Below, in pieces: positions 49,276 to 63,665 of a DNA stretch of 64,000 nucleotides. Origin of the DNA: the human T2T-CHM13v2.0 reference genome, Homo sapiens. The position numbers and the translations under genes were made by a program. Every line of letters starts with the position of its first letter. Within the stretch, counting starts at the first letter, position 1. The notes under the pieces are model-generated. The model did no database searches and had not been told where the DNA came from. It was given only the letters and a program-made list of their open reading frames with translations. The stretch lies in assembly GCF_009914755.1 (NCBI RefSeq), contig NC_060936.1. One strand, 5' to 3'.

Positions 49276-49505
49276 TACATGTACAAAGGTAGGAATAAGA
49301 GAAGAAGGTGAGGAGATGAAGGGCTTTATGGGCTATATTAAGAAGTTTCAAATGCACTTTATTCTAAGTGCATTTGGAAGCCATTTGGATTTGATATAGG
49401 GAACAGAGGAGAAGTAGGCTGAGGGTTAGGCTGAGCTTATGTATAGAATATCCAAGTGTCCTGTACAAATATTATGCTACTTAGACAAGATCTGTTGTAT
49501 CATAC

Positions 49506-49799
49506 TTTTATTTTATTTGAGGCGGAGTCTCGCTCTGTCACCCAGGCTGCAGTGCAATGGTGCAATCTCAGATCACTGCAACCTCCGCCTCCTGGGTTTG
49601 AGCAATTCTCTCACCTCAGCCTCTGGAATAGCTGGAATTAGAGGCACCCGCCATCATTTCTGGCTAATTTTTGTATTTTTCTAGAGATGGGGTTTCACCA
49701 TGTTGGCCAGGCTGGTCTTGAACTCCAGACCTCAGGTGACCCACCCACCTTGGCCTCCCAACGTGCTGGGATTACAGACCTGACCCACTGCACCCGGCT
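49506..49799 (-). mobile_element. AluS
   Basis: TSD tcatactttta. Confidence 0.9.
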
Positions 49800-50765
49800 G
49801 CTCATACTTTTAAAAACAAAATTGTCTGCTCCTTCTCATATTATCGCTTTTTACTTATGTCAGCATTGTAATAGTGGCTCCTAATGCCTTCTAAATTTCT
49901 ACTTCCCAGAGGAGAATATTAATGTATTAGTACATAACAGATTACCAAAATGGTTAAAAATGTTGAGGTTTTCCAGGTTTTTAGCAAGTATAGACTGAGA
50001 AAAATATGAAGATTCTGTCGTCTTAGCAAACCAATTAGAGGTAGAGGCTTTAGAAAAATTATTTCATTAGCCTTTGTCTTACTTCCCAATTTCTAGCTGT
50101 TTCTGCCAATAGAAAAAGGAAGTCTGGCCTCTGAATATTATTTCAAAACAAGTGAGAGAACATATTTTCCTAGTATTCTAGTTTCTTCTCTTCTCACATT
50201 TGCCTCCTTCCCTCTTCTCTTTCCCTGCAAAAAGGCTGCTCTGGGGGAAAAAAAAAAATATCTGCCTCAGACTATCCCTATTAAAAGTTTAAAAGGGGAA
50301 GCTTTAATAAAAATATAAATCTTTATTAAAGTAAAATATTTTGAAATAGTTTAAGTATCTAAGTCAATAAAAAGCCAAGGATGGATCCAAACTATCATGG
50401 TTTTTGAGCTCAACAAAACCATCCTCTTCTCACGACAAATTCAACTAGAAAGCATGTAATAGAGTTTAATTCATTCATCAAACAGTTAAGACTGAAAACA
50501 ATTATTCTTCCTCCAATCAGACCTAAATAATTTACCCAAATCTTTCAAGGATTTGATGTTAAATATTTTTATATTTCAAACATATTCCATCTCTATCTTC
50601 TCATTTCTTTCCGGATTCCCATGTTGGTATCCCTTATAGCATTCAGATTTTTTTTTTTTAGGCAGTATTTTAAACCAAGGAAAATGAACCCTAAATCCTC
50701 TGTTAGCTTTGAGTCAAATGCAAAGAAACTACCATCAATATGATTTCCCAATAGAAGAGGGACTC

Positions 50766-50812
50766 CCTTCTTCTTTTCCTTCTTCTTTTCCTTCTTCTTT
50801 TCCTTCTTCTTC
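50766..50812. repeat. (CCTTCTTCTTTT)n 12-bp minisatellite, about 3.8 copies
   Basis: Read directly. Confidence 0.9.
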
Positions 50813-51142
50813 TCTTGTAATCATAACTAATCTATAGGCAGGAATGCTACAGAACAGATAGTTGCGAGTAATCAGGTTTTAGAGCAGGTAGGTTTACCTA
50901 CCCTGGTTCTGCTTTACCCATGATTTCAGACACTGGAGTGAAAAGCACTTAGGGGCAGATATGCCATTGAGACGATCTTGGGTAATTAATTTCTGTGAAC
51001 CTGTTCCTCATAAGCATTTTTTAAAGAAATATATGGGATAATACAAAATAATTTTTAATAATAAGTGACACTTATTGAGCACTTTCCATGTGTCAGGCAG
51101 AAATACAGGACTCCATGTTTGTTTTCTGCAATAGAAACCTAC

Positions 51143-51299
51143 CTGAACAAGTGCATAAAAGATTTTCAGAATTTGTTTCTGCAGTAATACAGAATAATAG
51201 GAGGAATCAGGAAGGAGCTGAACAATTTGTTGCTGAATACGAGGCAGGAATATCTGCATTGCTATTATAAGAGGTTCTCTCTCTTCTGCTTTCTTATAT
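51143..51299 (-). CDS. IPO8: IPO8 exon 5 (157 nt)
   Basis: AG/GTAGG; [20 protein letters not shown]...FYALVQ. Confidence 0.96.
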
Positions 51300-52318
51300 C
51301 TACATGAGCAAAGACAAAAACAGAAAAGTAATTTTTCCCACCCAAAGAACCATCAACAATAAATTATAAAATATTTTTTAAATACATAAAACTAACAAAA
51401 CAAAGTCATTAACATTGGCTTCTAGTTTGTTTGAATTGCTAGAATTAAGTTGAAAAGAAATTTAAAATAACACATCCTGTTTTAGGCACAACACCTAAAA
51501 TCTTTCTGGAAAGATTTAGACTAGTTTAAAACAATCCGAGACCATTTTGCAGTTTTCCTACATGAATGTTTCTAGTATTTAAATTAATTTTCATCCAGCC
51601 AAAATTCTTACTATAAAATATAAGTTGCTATGCTATTTTAAATAGACTATATAACAAATAATATGGGGGGAATTTTCTTATTATATTTCTCCCTGAATTG
51701 AGTAGTTAAAATAGTTTAAAATTTAGGTGCTCTTAGATTGCTTTAATTGCCATAAATCTAAAATATGTTCTATAAATTTCATAAGCAGAGTAGGAACTAG
51801 TCAGTTTAAAAGGAGAACTACAGGACTTCATATACACATGTAGCAATCTTCCTAGAAACCAGAAAGCAATACTATTAAGTGTGATATTAGTCCTCTACCT
51901 ACCCAAGCTACTTTTATGGAAAAGAATGTCATTAGCAAAGAAACGTTAACATTTTCTATCTTGCATCCAAAAAAGTAAATGTTTTGGTTTACTTAATATA
52001 CTCCCTAGAAGACAAATATAAAGGTATCTCTATATCAGAGTTTCCAAGGAAAGCTGTTAATAAATGGTACTGTGCAACTAACAAGTTTGAGAAGTGCTTC
52101 ATATTATATCACTGTCTCAGAGGTTAGCAATATCCATCAGCACATTAAAGTTTCTTTCAATAACTGCAGCAAATAAACACATTTAAGCATGTTTAACCCA
52201 ACATTTCCCAAACTAATCTGATAACCTGTGCAGAACATCCACAACAGACCACTCTTTGCAACTTCATTATTTCTAAGTTACACAAGGCTGCTTTCTTCAG
52301 CCAATGGAAACCAACTTA

Positions 52319-52507
<189 letters not shown>

Positions 52508-54235
52508 CTAAGTAATTATAAATACTGTGTTTCAAAGACCTCTAATATTTTACATAAAAGTTTGTTATCTTCTATTTACGTGTATTATATACTTACATAT
52601 GTGGGGTAGGGGAAAAAGACATATCTAAAAAACATCCTCAGTGGCTCAACTTGTTGAAAATAAACAGAATGGGTGAGTTTCTAAAATGAATGAAACCTTT
52701 CAAACTATCTTATCCTAAATACAGTTTAAAAAAATTGTTTTAAATAGTTTAAAATTTTCAAAAAACTCCAATGAATCTACCTCCACTCTGTAAAATTTCC
52801 AGCTTATTATATCTCATATTTTGGTTACCATATCCTGAATGGGGGAAAAAATAACACTTCAAACAGATAAACCTAGTCTAAAGATGGTACAAGTAAGTAC
52901 AAAGAAGGCCTACATAATGGTGGGAAGCTTCTCTATGGGCCAAAACCTTGAACTCATCCATTATCAATTAAAACCCAACATCGTATGTTGAATCTATCCA
53001 AAGCAGTCTGAGATACTAATTTTTGTACCCCAAGTATAAGAAAGAAACATGTATTATTAGCGAGGCAATTCCTGAAGAGGAGAGCTAAGAGCTATTTCCA
53101 AAGAAATAAATGAAAAAGGCAACAGAAGAGACATAAAACAGAAAAAGAAAATATTCCTTTAATAAAACCACAAAGTTAAATGCTAAAATAAGTTATCTGA
53201 TAACATAGATAAGTAATCATTTCCTCAATGAGATTTCAACTTTAACTGGAACTGAAAAGAAAATAGGGGGAAAAATTTCTTTTCTATAAACTATCAATTC
53301 AATGTTATCACCAAATATGACCTTACATGACATTTTCAAATGGTTAGAAAACAAACTTGGCAAAATTAGGATTCCACAGGGCAACTAAAAAAAAAATAAA
53401 GCATTTTCAGTTGAACAACCAGTAACTCAGATTCACTTAAACTGGTAAAATTAAACAAAATGATGCCTTTTCTTCACGTTATCAAATCTATTTGAAAAAT
53501 CCCTTTGTAATACTCTTAAACTTTGAGAATAGGTGGAAGAAATTTCAACAATGATTATAATTAAGCCTTAAGGACATAAAAGGAGCAAAGCCACAGAGAA
53601 CCGTCCCGTAATAAAGATAAAAGATCTCCTTTAGTGCCAGTAGTAGCTGCTCCTTTAAACAATAAATGTCATATTTGTAAAAAATAAAACTGAAGCTTTT
53701 CATTTTTTAAAATTTCATCTTCAGGTTGATTCTCCCAGTCCTTTCTCATTCCAAGCAAAGGATGGTTATGAAAGGCCATCCTTCATGCATTACTGTGTAG
53801 AACCACTCGAAGATTAAGGGAGATCTGAAAATTTAAGATTTTGAAAATAAATGGATACATGATGGTACCACAGGGGTATCAGTCCCATGACTGGCATTTG
53901 GGCAACCAATAAGAATAATAGTGATTTTTTCTTTTTAACCAGTACACCTATTTTCTCCTCTTAACAAATTAATTGCTCTAAGAGTTCAATGTTTGTTCTC
54001 CTTCCTGTTACCCGTCGTACTTCCTTCCTTTTCCACTGCTTATGTCATGATGGCTATTAGATACTAAGGGCTAACGTTATATTCAACCTCTTGATACTAA
54101 AAAATTTCATTCCTCTACCTCTGTTTTCACCTATTTGTCCCTCCCATTTTCAAAAGATACCTAATTACTATCTTGTATGTTGAAAAGAATTTGTTTCTCC
54201 TATTTTAAGATTGCAAAATTTTTATGACTTTACAG

Positions 54236-54435
54236 CTGCTCTGTCCAATAGAGCAGCTGCTAGTTAAATATGCACACTTTAAATGAATCAAAAGTAAATA
54301 GAATTAAAAATTCAGTTCCTCAGTTACAACTAGCAACATTTCAAGTGCTCAACAGTCATTGATGCCTTGTGGCTAATATTAGATAGCACTGACACAGAAC
54401 ACTGTCACTGCAGAAAGTTCTGAGGGACACTACTG
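54236..54435. mobile_element. MER3/MER33-like hAT-Charlie MITE
   Basis: ctgtccaatag...aaaattcagttcctcag...gcagaaagttct; 8-bp TSD ct(t/c)tacag. Confidence 0.8.
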
Positions 54436-54933
54436 CTCTACAGCATCTAATCTATGACTGTAAAAAACTGGAGACAGTTCTTCTAGTTTATACCTACTCT
54501 ATCCTGTCTTCTCTGAAGGAAAACATGCTCAATTCATAAATGTGAATAAAAATACAGGGAAAGATTAAGACAGGTAGTAGGTAAAAATTCCCAGAATCAG
54601 TCTCTCTGTATCAAAGAAAAGAAAAGCAGGTAGTAAAAAAACTCAAGAGATCATTACTAAGAATAAAGGTCATTTAAGTAGCAAGACTTACACAATTGTT
54701 TTGGTTAAGTATCATTTTTTTTAAATCTTACCTCTTTTTGTGGCAACATACGACAACAAAATCTTTTCCAAAATATCTTGAGGCAAAGAATTACAAATGC
54801 AAAGACCACTAAGTAAAATAATATTCTTTGAGTGTCCCTCTTTATTACTTTACCTCTTTAGAAAATGAAACATGAGGCCAAGGATTAGATCCAACAGCAC
54901 CCACCCTCAGATCTAACCATTTCATGCTTTCTA

Positions 54934-55137
<204 letters not shown>

Positions 55138-55744
55138 CTAATGTAGCAGTACCAAAAAGGATGGCTTTAATTCAGCCTTACAGAGCATGAAAGTCCAAAC
55201 CCTTCAATGTTAAACATGAAACCCAGCAAAAATGGATACTCTTACAGGTATAAACAGCCAAATCAGGAAGGGAAAGTGGATAAGAATTTAAAGGTTTCAC
55301 TTCAGCTAGTCTAAGCAGAAAACATTTCATTAAGTCAAGACCCAGAGCTTACAGGACAGGAAAATTATCTAGAAATAATGCATAGTAAACATACTTTGAG
55401 ATCATAAAATCATACTTTTCGCAATGCCTAATTCTGAGGTGACAACAGGTAAAGTTCTACTTTCCTTCATGAAGATGGCTTTTTTTGTTTTTTGTTTTCC
55501 CACTGGCTACTGTCAAACACTAGCATTTTGGGGTATCTCTTCTTTTTATAGTATTGGTAATTTTCATCCAACCTTTTTGAAATATGTACTACTTGTAAAT
55601 ATAATAGGGAAATGAACATCAGCCATCAAAAATTTTTGGAAAAAAGCTCAGAAAATTTTTATATGTTCACATCTATCAAAATACATAATCTGATTTTGTT
55701 CTGTTCTTTTTAATCGTCTTCAACCTTTAACAAAAGGCTTCTGA

Positions 55745-56099
<355 letters not shown>

Positions 56100-56160
56100 A
56101 GAATGTAAAGCTTTCTAACCATCCCAGTTGAACAGTGAATGTAAGTAAATACTTATAATG

Positions 56161-56161
<1 letters not shown>

Positions 56162-56192
<31 letters not shown>
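56162..56192. repeat. (TG)15 microsatellite
   Basis: Pure TG run. Confidence 0.95.
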
Positions 56193-56195
<3 letters not shown>

Positions 56196-56305
56196 GAATA
56201 CAGATACGTGATTTGCAAAGCAGCATAACTTTCTTCCCTTAAGCTTCTCTTCTTTCCCCACCCAACTCTTTCTTCACCCAACTTTTAACATATAACTAAA
56301 TTCAT

Positions 56306-56583
56306 GACCCGGAGCAGTGACTCACACCTGTAATCCCAGCACTTTGGGAGGCCGAGGCGGGCGGATCACCTGAGGTCAGGAGTTCGAGACCACCCTGGCC
56401 AACATGGTGAAACCCCGTCTCTACTAAAAATACCAAAATTAGCCAAGCATGGTGGCAGGTACCTGTAATTCCAGCAAATTCCTTGAACCCAGGAGGCGGA
56501 GGTTGCAGTGAGCTGAGATCATGCCACAGCACTGCAGCCAGGGCAACAGAGCAAGACTCTGTCAAAAAAAAAAAAAAAAAAAA
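56306..56583 (+). mobile_element. AluS with right-arm deletion
   Basis: TSD aactaaatt. Confidence 0.9.
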
Positions 56584-57021
56584 CTAAATTGGGTAGTCAA
56601 AGCACTATACCATAAAGAATACACCAATACATTCTACATTAGCTAAAACTTAAAAGAAATTTAGTGAAATTATGAACTTGACATCTGGTAAGCTCCTCTT
56701 TCATTAGTTTTGAGTAGCTAAAGTTCTGAAAAACTGTTCCATCTATGATTTCAATTCATTTGGGTGAAAACAAAAATTATATAAAGGGGGATGTGTGTTA
56801 GAGTTTTCTTTTTTCCCTTACTTGTTTTTAATTCAGACCACACAAGCTCTAGACTAGGTACCATGTTTTATCGGGTATAGTCATTATATTATGTAACAGT
56901 GACTGGCAAAGAGTACACATTCCATAAAAATGTATAGACTATTCAAAAAATAATGAATGAATGATCTAAGGATATGAACCAACCTGTCAGCAGTTCAGAC
57001 TGATTTCACAGGATTTAGGGG

Positions 57022-57305
57022 TTTTTTTGAGACAGGGTCTCACTCTATCGCCCAGGCTGGAGTACAGGGGCACAATCACAGCTCACTGCAGCCTCCACCT
57101 CCAGGGCTTAGGTGATCCTCCCACCTCAGTCTCTCAAGTAGTTGGGAATACAGGCGTGCACCACCACGCCAGTTAATTTTTTTGTATTTTTGTAGAGACA
57201 GGGTTTCGCCATACTGCCCAGGCTGGTCTTGAACTCCTGGGCTCAAGTGATCCACCCACCTCAGCCTCCCAAAGTGCTGGGATTACAGGCATGAACACCC
57301 AGCCT
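57022..57305 (-). mobile_element. AluJ
   Basis: TSD ctgatttcacaggat. Confidence 0.9.
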
Positions 57306-59339
57306 GATTTCACAGGATCAATCTTTGCAAAAAGAAAAATCAACTATATTAGTCACAAAATCATTTTGATCCCTATAGAACTAGTCTTGAAAACAAAGAA
57401 AAGCAACCTTTAGACAGTAAAAATACAGACACGGTAAAATCATGGACTTATTTATGATTTAGTCATTAAATACTATTAATATTAATTTTATAAATGAAAA
57501 GTTATAATTTAAAAATTATGGTGCATCAAACGAGACAGCCTTTAAAAAAGGCACACTGACTAATTTGTATATGCCTAAATAAATGTACAATGAGGTAAAA
57601 TAAAATTGAAAATATATTAAAAAGAAAATTTTAATTACTATGATGGATAATTATGGATTACTAAGGATAAAGGAAAAATACCAAAGATAACTGTTACCAT
57701 ATCAACCAATAATCTGAAAACTTCCCTTTAATCATTTAATTCAAGTGCCTAAATACAAACCATTTGCCAGAACTAAGAAACAAAGGACTAATATCATGTT
57801 AATCCAATTCATAAAGGAAATATTAAATTTACTGTATCTGTCTGGGTGTCTTAGAGCATCCTTGTATTTTAATAATAGATTAAATAGAGCAGAAAATCTA
57901 CAAATGGCACTTAAATTTAGGATAGTTATAATGTAGAATTTTATAAATGTATTTCAGATTCTATGATAAAAATGGCTGCTCTAAGACAGTTTTCCTACAA
58001 AATCCACTCACCATTTTAAGCATCATAAGTTGAAATTAACTTTCTAAAAACACACACACACTTTTCTCCTTCAGCACAATGAATCATCACTTAAGCTCTG
58101 GACCCAGAGACACAACTACAGAATCAATTGGGTTTCATAACCTCAAAGTGGAGAAAGTACTGTTATCTCGGTGGGCAGAATGTCATGCTTTTGAGTTGAT
58201 GTTTCTAAGTCTTGCTGTTTTTCATTGTAATTTTGTACCCCTTCTCTCCCTTATTACTCTGTGAAAGGCTAGATTAGACAACAAATGTGTCAATTCTATC
58301 AAAACAATATTAAATAGATTCTGAGCACAAGCCACAAAGCTTTCTACAAATAAAATGCATGAATGTTAATAAAAGCTTCTTAAAGTGCTTCTGGACTGAT
58401 CAGAGGCATCTTTCTGTTTATTTCTAGGTTCTGCACTCTGCAATGCTGACGTCAATCTTAACAAATAACCTCTAAACAAATAACCACAGAATGAATTGTT
58501 ATATCTTCTCCCTGTCCATCCTTTGGAAATACAAACAAAAAGAAACAACAAGGAGCAGGCAAACTTATAGAAATCAAAAACCATGCTATTTTTTTAAATG
58601 ACAGTCCCACATCTGTCACCACTGATGACCTCTTCAGGTCTAATACCTCTCAACCACCACTTTTAAATCCAAACTACTCTCTCCTTCTCGTAGCAACTCC
58701 AAAATGCACTGAAAAAAGTACATTTCTGAGCCTAAATTTACATATATTAGAGAAATTTTACTAAAGAGTCTCTTCAGATGTAAGAAGTAAAAAATTAGAA
58801 ACAAAAGTGATTTGAAATTCCAGATCATAACTATCCTAAATTTAAGATAGGCTTCCTTCACCGCACATGATAATATTAATAATGCTATTATGCTTATCAA
58901 CACCTCAAAAGAAAAGCAGCAGACCAAACATTCAAATTTTTTTGTTTTGCTTGGCAACATCAAAATACTTAATTTTTTCCTGTTTCTTGAAAACTCACAG
59001 TAAGGTAAGAAAGGACATTCACCAGTGAGCACGCTTGATGGTAGCAAGAACACTTTAGATTGCCCACAAGCAAAAGAGAAAAAGTATTTTGCAGATGTAT
59101 TTCCACTTAACATTAGCATAACTTTTTTTTTACAGCTTTATACAGGCTTTCTTTTAAAGCAAAAATCACAACATTCTTTTTTAAGTGTCATGCTAAAGAT
59201 AAATTATCTTTCTAGGTGTCTTGGAGCATCCTTGTATTTTAATAATAGATTAAACAGAACAGAAAATTTATAAATACCACTTAAATTTAGGATTTGAAAT
59301 CTAAATTATGAAAAAACAAATTATGAAGAAAAAAATGCC

Positions 59340-59800
59340 TTTCAATGCTGTTTACATTTTACATCAAAACTTCATTAAGTTGTACAGAGTTGGTGAGGAT
59401 TTGGGGAACCTAGCATTCTAATGCACTGTTGGTAGAAAATGTAAGCAAAAGCAACTTAGTGAGAAGATTCTAAATTCTAAATGTCATAAATATCCATTAG
59501 CCAAGCATTTCCCCTTGTTATAACTTATTCTATAAAAACACTCCCACAAGTACCTAGATACATATCAAATGACACTCATTTAGCATTGCTTCTATCAACA
59601 ATGAAAAAAAGACAATAAGCGAAATGTCCATCAATATCAAATCGTTTAAGTAAACCATGGTAATTCTTATATAAAGAAATACTGCACAGCTGTTATAAAG
59701 AATGAAGTATCTATATGCACTGACTTGGAGCAATCTTCAAGGGTACATGGTTAAATGAAAAAAAGGAAACTGTAAAATAGCATGTGTAATATAAAAAAAA
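59340..59800 (+). mobile_element. Ancient L1ME-like 3' fragment
   Basis: gttggtgaggatttggggaac, aaatgtccatcaata. Confidence 0.65.
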
Positions 59801-61135
59801 GAATTGGAGAGCCACGCATCAAAGCTGATGGCAGTCATCTTTGGGTGTATTAAGAACAATGTAAGTTATAAACTGTGTTTTTCTAATGTTTCCATGTCAT
59901 TAAAGGAAGACATTAATGTAAAAACTTGTTTTAAGATCTTTTAAAATGTTATTTCTTAAATGCTTCATAGGAACTTTACAATGGCCCTATAAACACTTAG
60001 GTTTTTAAAATAGGTTCCATTCAACAAAATGTTATTCCAGAACAGCCCTATTTTATAAAACAAAGATGAAACAAGTGCCAATTGTGGTTTCAAAAATTTA
60101 CACAGAAGTCTTGTAAACTTTATAAAAGCAAAAAATAATTCCAACATCAGTGTTTTTCCATAGGATTTTCTTTTTTATCTTAACCACAAAGTGATCTTTC
60201 AGGAAATCATATATAGTGTTATAAATCTTCCCAAAGCTTAATATTTCTTTATCTTTTTATTCTATGTTCAAATCAAATTAAATACTTTCATCAGCATGTA
60301 GATTATGACCCATTTCTCTGAAACTGTTCATCTATCCTTCTACGTGAACACATGGAAAGGCTAATGTTCACCTAACGTTAATGATGAGTAATGATGGCCA
60401 TTTCTGAGTGATGAATGTTGGGTAGTTTTACTTCCTTCTTTGTATTCTTCTAAATTGTCCAAATTACTTACATGTATATGTCACTTACATAACAAGTCTT
60501 TTTAAATACTTATTTTTAATTAGCTATTGTCGTTTACCTCCTTTAGCTTTTGATTATTATCTTTTGAAAATTCATGATACTCTAAGGCTCTAATTTTTAA
60601 CCTTCTGGGCTCTAATGACCAGTCCATAAAAAAACAAGATAAAAGAACGATGTACAACATCATGAAACAACGTAAGATCCCACAGACTTAAAAGTAAGTT
60701 TCATGTTTAAAACATAGTCCTGCTCCGCAGTCACCTGGGTTAGGAACATCTGTGCAACACATTACCTCCATGATTTGCCACGTAACAGAGCTCGAATTCA
60801 CATATATAAATTCATGGTCTTAATCTATGGGCCCAGAGGCTAGGCTACCAGAAATCATAAAACGTTAGAGAGATCAGCTATTAAAATTGAGAAAAATAAG
60901 GGCAAAGTTACAGAGGCAAGGAATTGGTGGGTAAAAGGGAGAGGAGGAAAAAAAAGAGCTAGAAGATATTTGAGAGCTCAGTATCTACCTCTAAATTTCT
61001 GGGGAAAAAGAAAGTGAGTTTTGAAGTCACTGGAAATACTTCATGAGTGCTAGTGCTTCTGAATTTTTCAATAAATTACAGATATGTAAAATTAAAATAA
61101 AACTCTCATTCTACTCTCACCTATAAATAAATTTA

Positions 61136-61246
<111 letters not shown>

Positions 61247-61389
61247 TTACAAAGAAATGTTTTATAAAATAGGGCAATATAAGTGAGTAGCTTATAAGTT
61301 AGCACCGGTTACTGAATACATTACTGTCCAAATAAAAGAAAAACTTTTAAACTGAGACAAACCCTTCAAGGCAAAATGAAGATTACTAA

Positions 61390-61830
61390 AATACTTCAAG
61401 TCAAAAAAATTTCCTGAGCAGAAACTGATGAATAAAAGAATGTGAACATTTTTATGATTTTTTTTAACATATTGTCAGAATGGTCTCCAGAAGTAGTATA
61501 CCAATTTACACTCCCAACAGCAGCATATGGTAGTGTCCATCTATCTAATACAGGTATCATCATTCCTTTGAAACTTTAAAATTTTATTAATGTTTTAAAT
61601 TGCATTTTCTCTATTACTAAGGAGGTTGGGTGTTTTCCTCTTTGTTGGCTGTTTTTTCTACAAATTCCTTACTCCCTTTATCCTTTTGTAAATGGAGTAT
61701 TTGCTTTATTCTTAATAAATTCTAAGAGCTATTTATGAATTTAAAATCTCAATCTTTTATTTGACCTATACATGGCAAGTATTTCTTCCTAGATTATTTG
61801 TGCTTCAATTTTGTTTATGGTATTTTTGAC
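61390..61830 (-). mobile_element. Ancient L1M fragment
   Basis: taccaatttacactcccaacagcag, ttttaaattgcattttctc. Confidence 0.7.
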
Positions 61831-63289
61831 AAACAGAAAACAAAAAAACAAAGGCTACAGGAAATAGGAGACCCAACAGAGCAAAACAGAGAAGATAATG
61901 TTACAAAGTTGAGCGTGAGCAATGGAGAGAAGCCAGTCCAGATTGGAACAGTGTGACTCACGAGATGGGGTTGAGCACACTGTCATCACCAGCTGCCCTC
62001 TACTGCTGTACTATCTTTTACACTTAATGCCTAAGTGAGCCTGTGGGGATGAAGCTCCTGCTCTGCCCTGTGGCCTGGGTCACTTCACCCCACAGGTGTG
62101 CTCTACTATGATCTGCTCCTGAGTTTGGCGATGGGGACCTTCAAAGCAAAAAAATACAGAGCATCCACTCCTTCTGATCACGTTATATCCAGATGTACAG
62201 TACCTGGACTATATTACAGTCCTGTCACATTCCAGAGTCCACATATGCCTTTGTCCACTGACATTCATTTGAAAAGACTCAAATTCCAGTGAGGCCAAAC
62301 CAGACAATGACCCAGAGAGTCTGTTCAGCTCACCCCTCTCCTCAGAGCCTGGATCTGTGGGGGCATCCCTTTCAATACACAGCTAGGTTTGGGCATATTA
62401 TTCATTTTTTTAAATTAAAATCACATCTATGAAGGTAAGTGTTTGATTAAAAAATTAATTTGGACACAACTGGCATTTTAAAAATATTAATCTTTTTCAT
62501 CCAAGAACATTGTGCTTTCCCAATCTTTCTATATCCTTCACAAAATTTTGAATTATAATTTTCTTCCTTTCATCCTGTGTAGTCTTCAGATCACAAATCT
62601 GTGGCATGTAAATTCTTTTTTATCCATAATTGAAACCATCAGAATTTCAAAGCAGTTTTTAAGAAAACAGATTTGTTCTAACAACCGTTGATAGGAGGCA
62701 AAATTAACACAGATTCACCCAGCCTTCACCTTCTACATATGTATTATAACTCATGTTTATCTTTGTAAATACTGAAAGATCTTGTCATGAATCAAAGATT
62801 AAAACATCTATATAGTTTATTCTAATCATAAAAAAACTGACTTCCGTTATTTGTTTAAAAATCTTATTCCACACATACAAAATAACCTTTACACTTAAAT
62901 AAATGCTACTTATTTGAAAGTAATATACCTATTGCAGAGACTTTTATGTCAACACTGTTGCCATTGTACAGATTTTGAAACTCCTCTTTTTGCAACTGTT
63001 TGCCATTTTAAAAAATTTCAGAAACCTTGTCTTCTTTCAGCATTGATTCATTCTATATTAACTTGGCCAGCTAAAACATTCAGAGATATAGTCAGATATA
63101 TTTTCATACTACTTTACTCAGAAATAGTTACTCAATTTCTTTGTGCCTCTTCAGGCTTCGAGTTTCTAAAAAATAAATAAGACTAATTTCTCAATGATTT
63201 CCTGAGGATATTTTGTATCTGTGAAGTTTTCTGCAAATACGCAGTTTGCTTAACTAAATTCTGCATTTATGAGAACTCATAAAGCAAAA

Positions 63290-63665
63290 AACTGATGTCT
63301 CCTCCCATCCTCTGACTCACTGCTCCGCTGCATTAACCTTTCTAGTCCTCCAGCATGCCAAGTTGAGGGCCTTTTCTGAACCGATATTCCCTCTCAGTCC
63401 TCCAGCACGCCAAGTTGAGGGCCTTTTCTGAACCGTTGTTCCTCTCTCTGCTCTTTGCCTGGCCCATTCCTTCACAACATCCAACTCTCTACTCAATGCC
63501 ATTCTTCAGAGAATGGCTATACATCCCAACACTCTTGCTCGGGCTTTACTCTCCACAGCACTTATGACCTGAAATTATATTAGTTACTTGCCTGTATCCC
63601 CAGCTCCATGGAAACAAACTCTTATACCAATATCTGCAACATAGTAACTTAATAAATATTTCTGT
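63290..63665 (+). mobile_element. L2 3' fragment containing a 52-bp tandem duplication
   Basis: L2-like end (acatagtaacttaataaatattt); units at 63344-63395 and 63396-63447. Confidence 0.65.

Noticed and set aside
58447-58454. Palindromic CRE TGACGTCA (and UPRE-like TGACGTGG at 26563-26570)
   Set aside because: Isolated 8-mers in introns without promoter context; expected by chance in 64 kb
58640-59119. Longest ORF in the track (159 aa, minus strand)
   Set aside because: F/L/S/K-rich translation of AT-rich intron with no recognisable domain; the LKFRIV and ASLYFNNRLNR similarities among ORFs here come from the local DNA duplication
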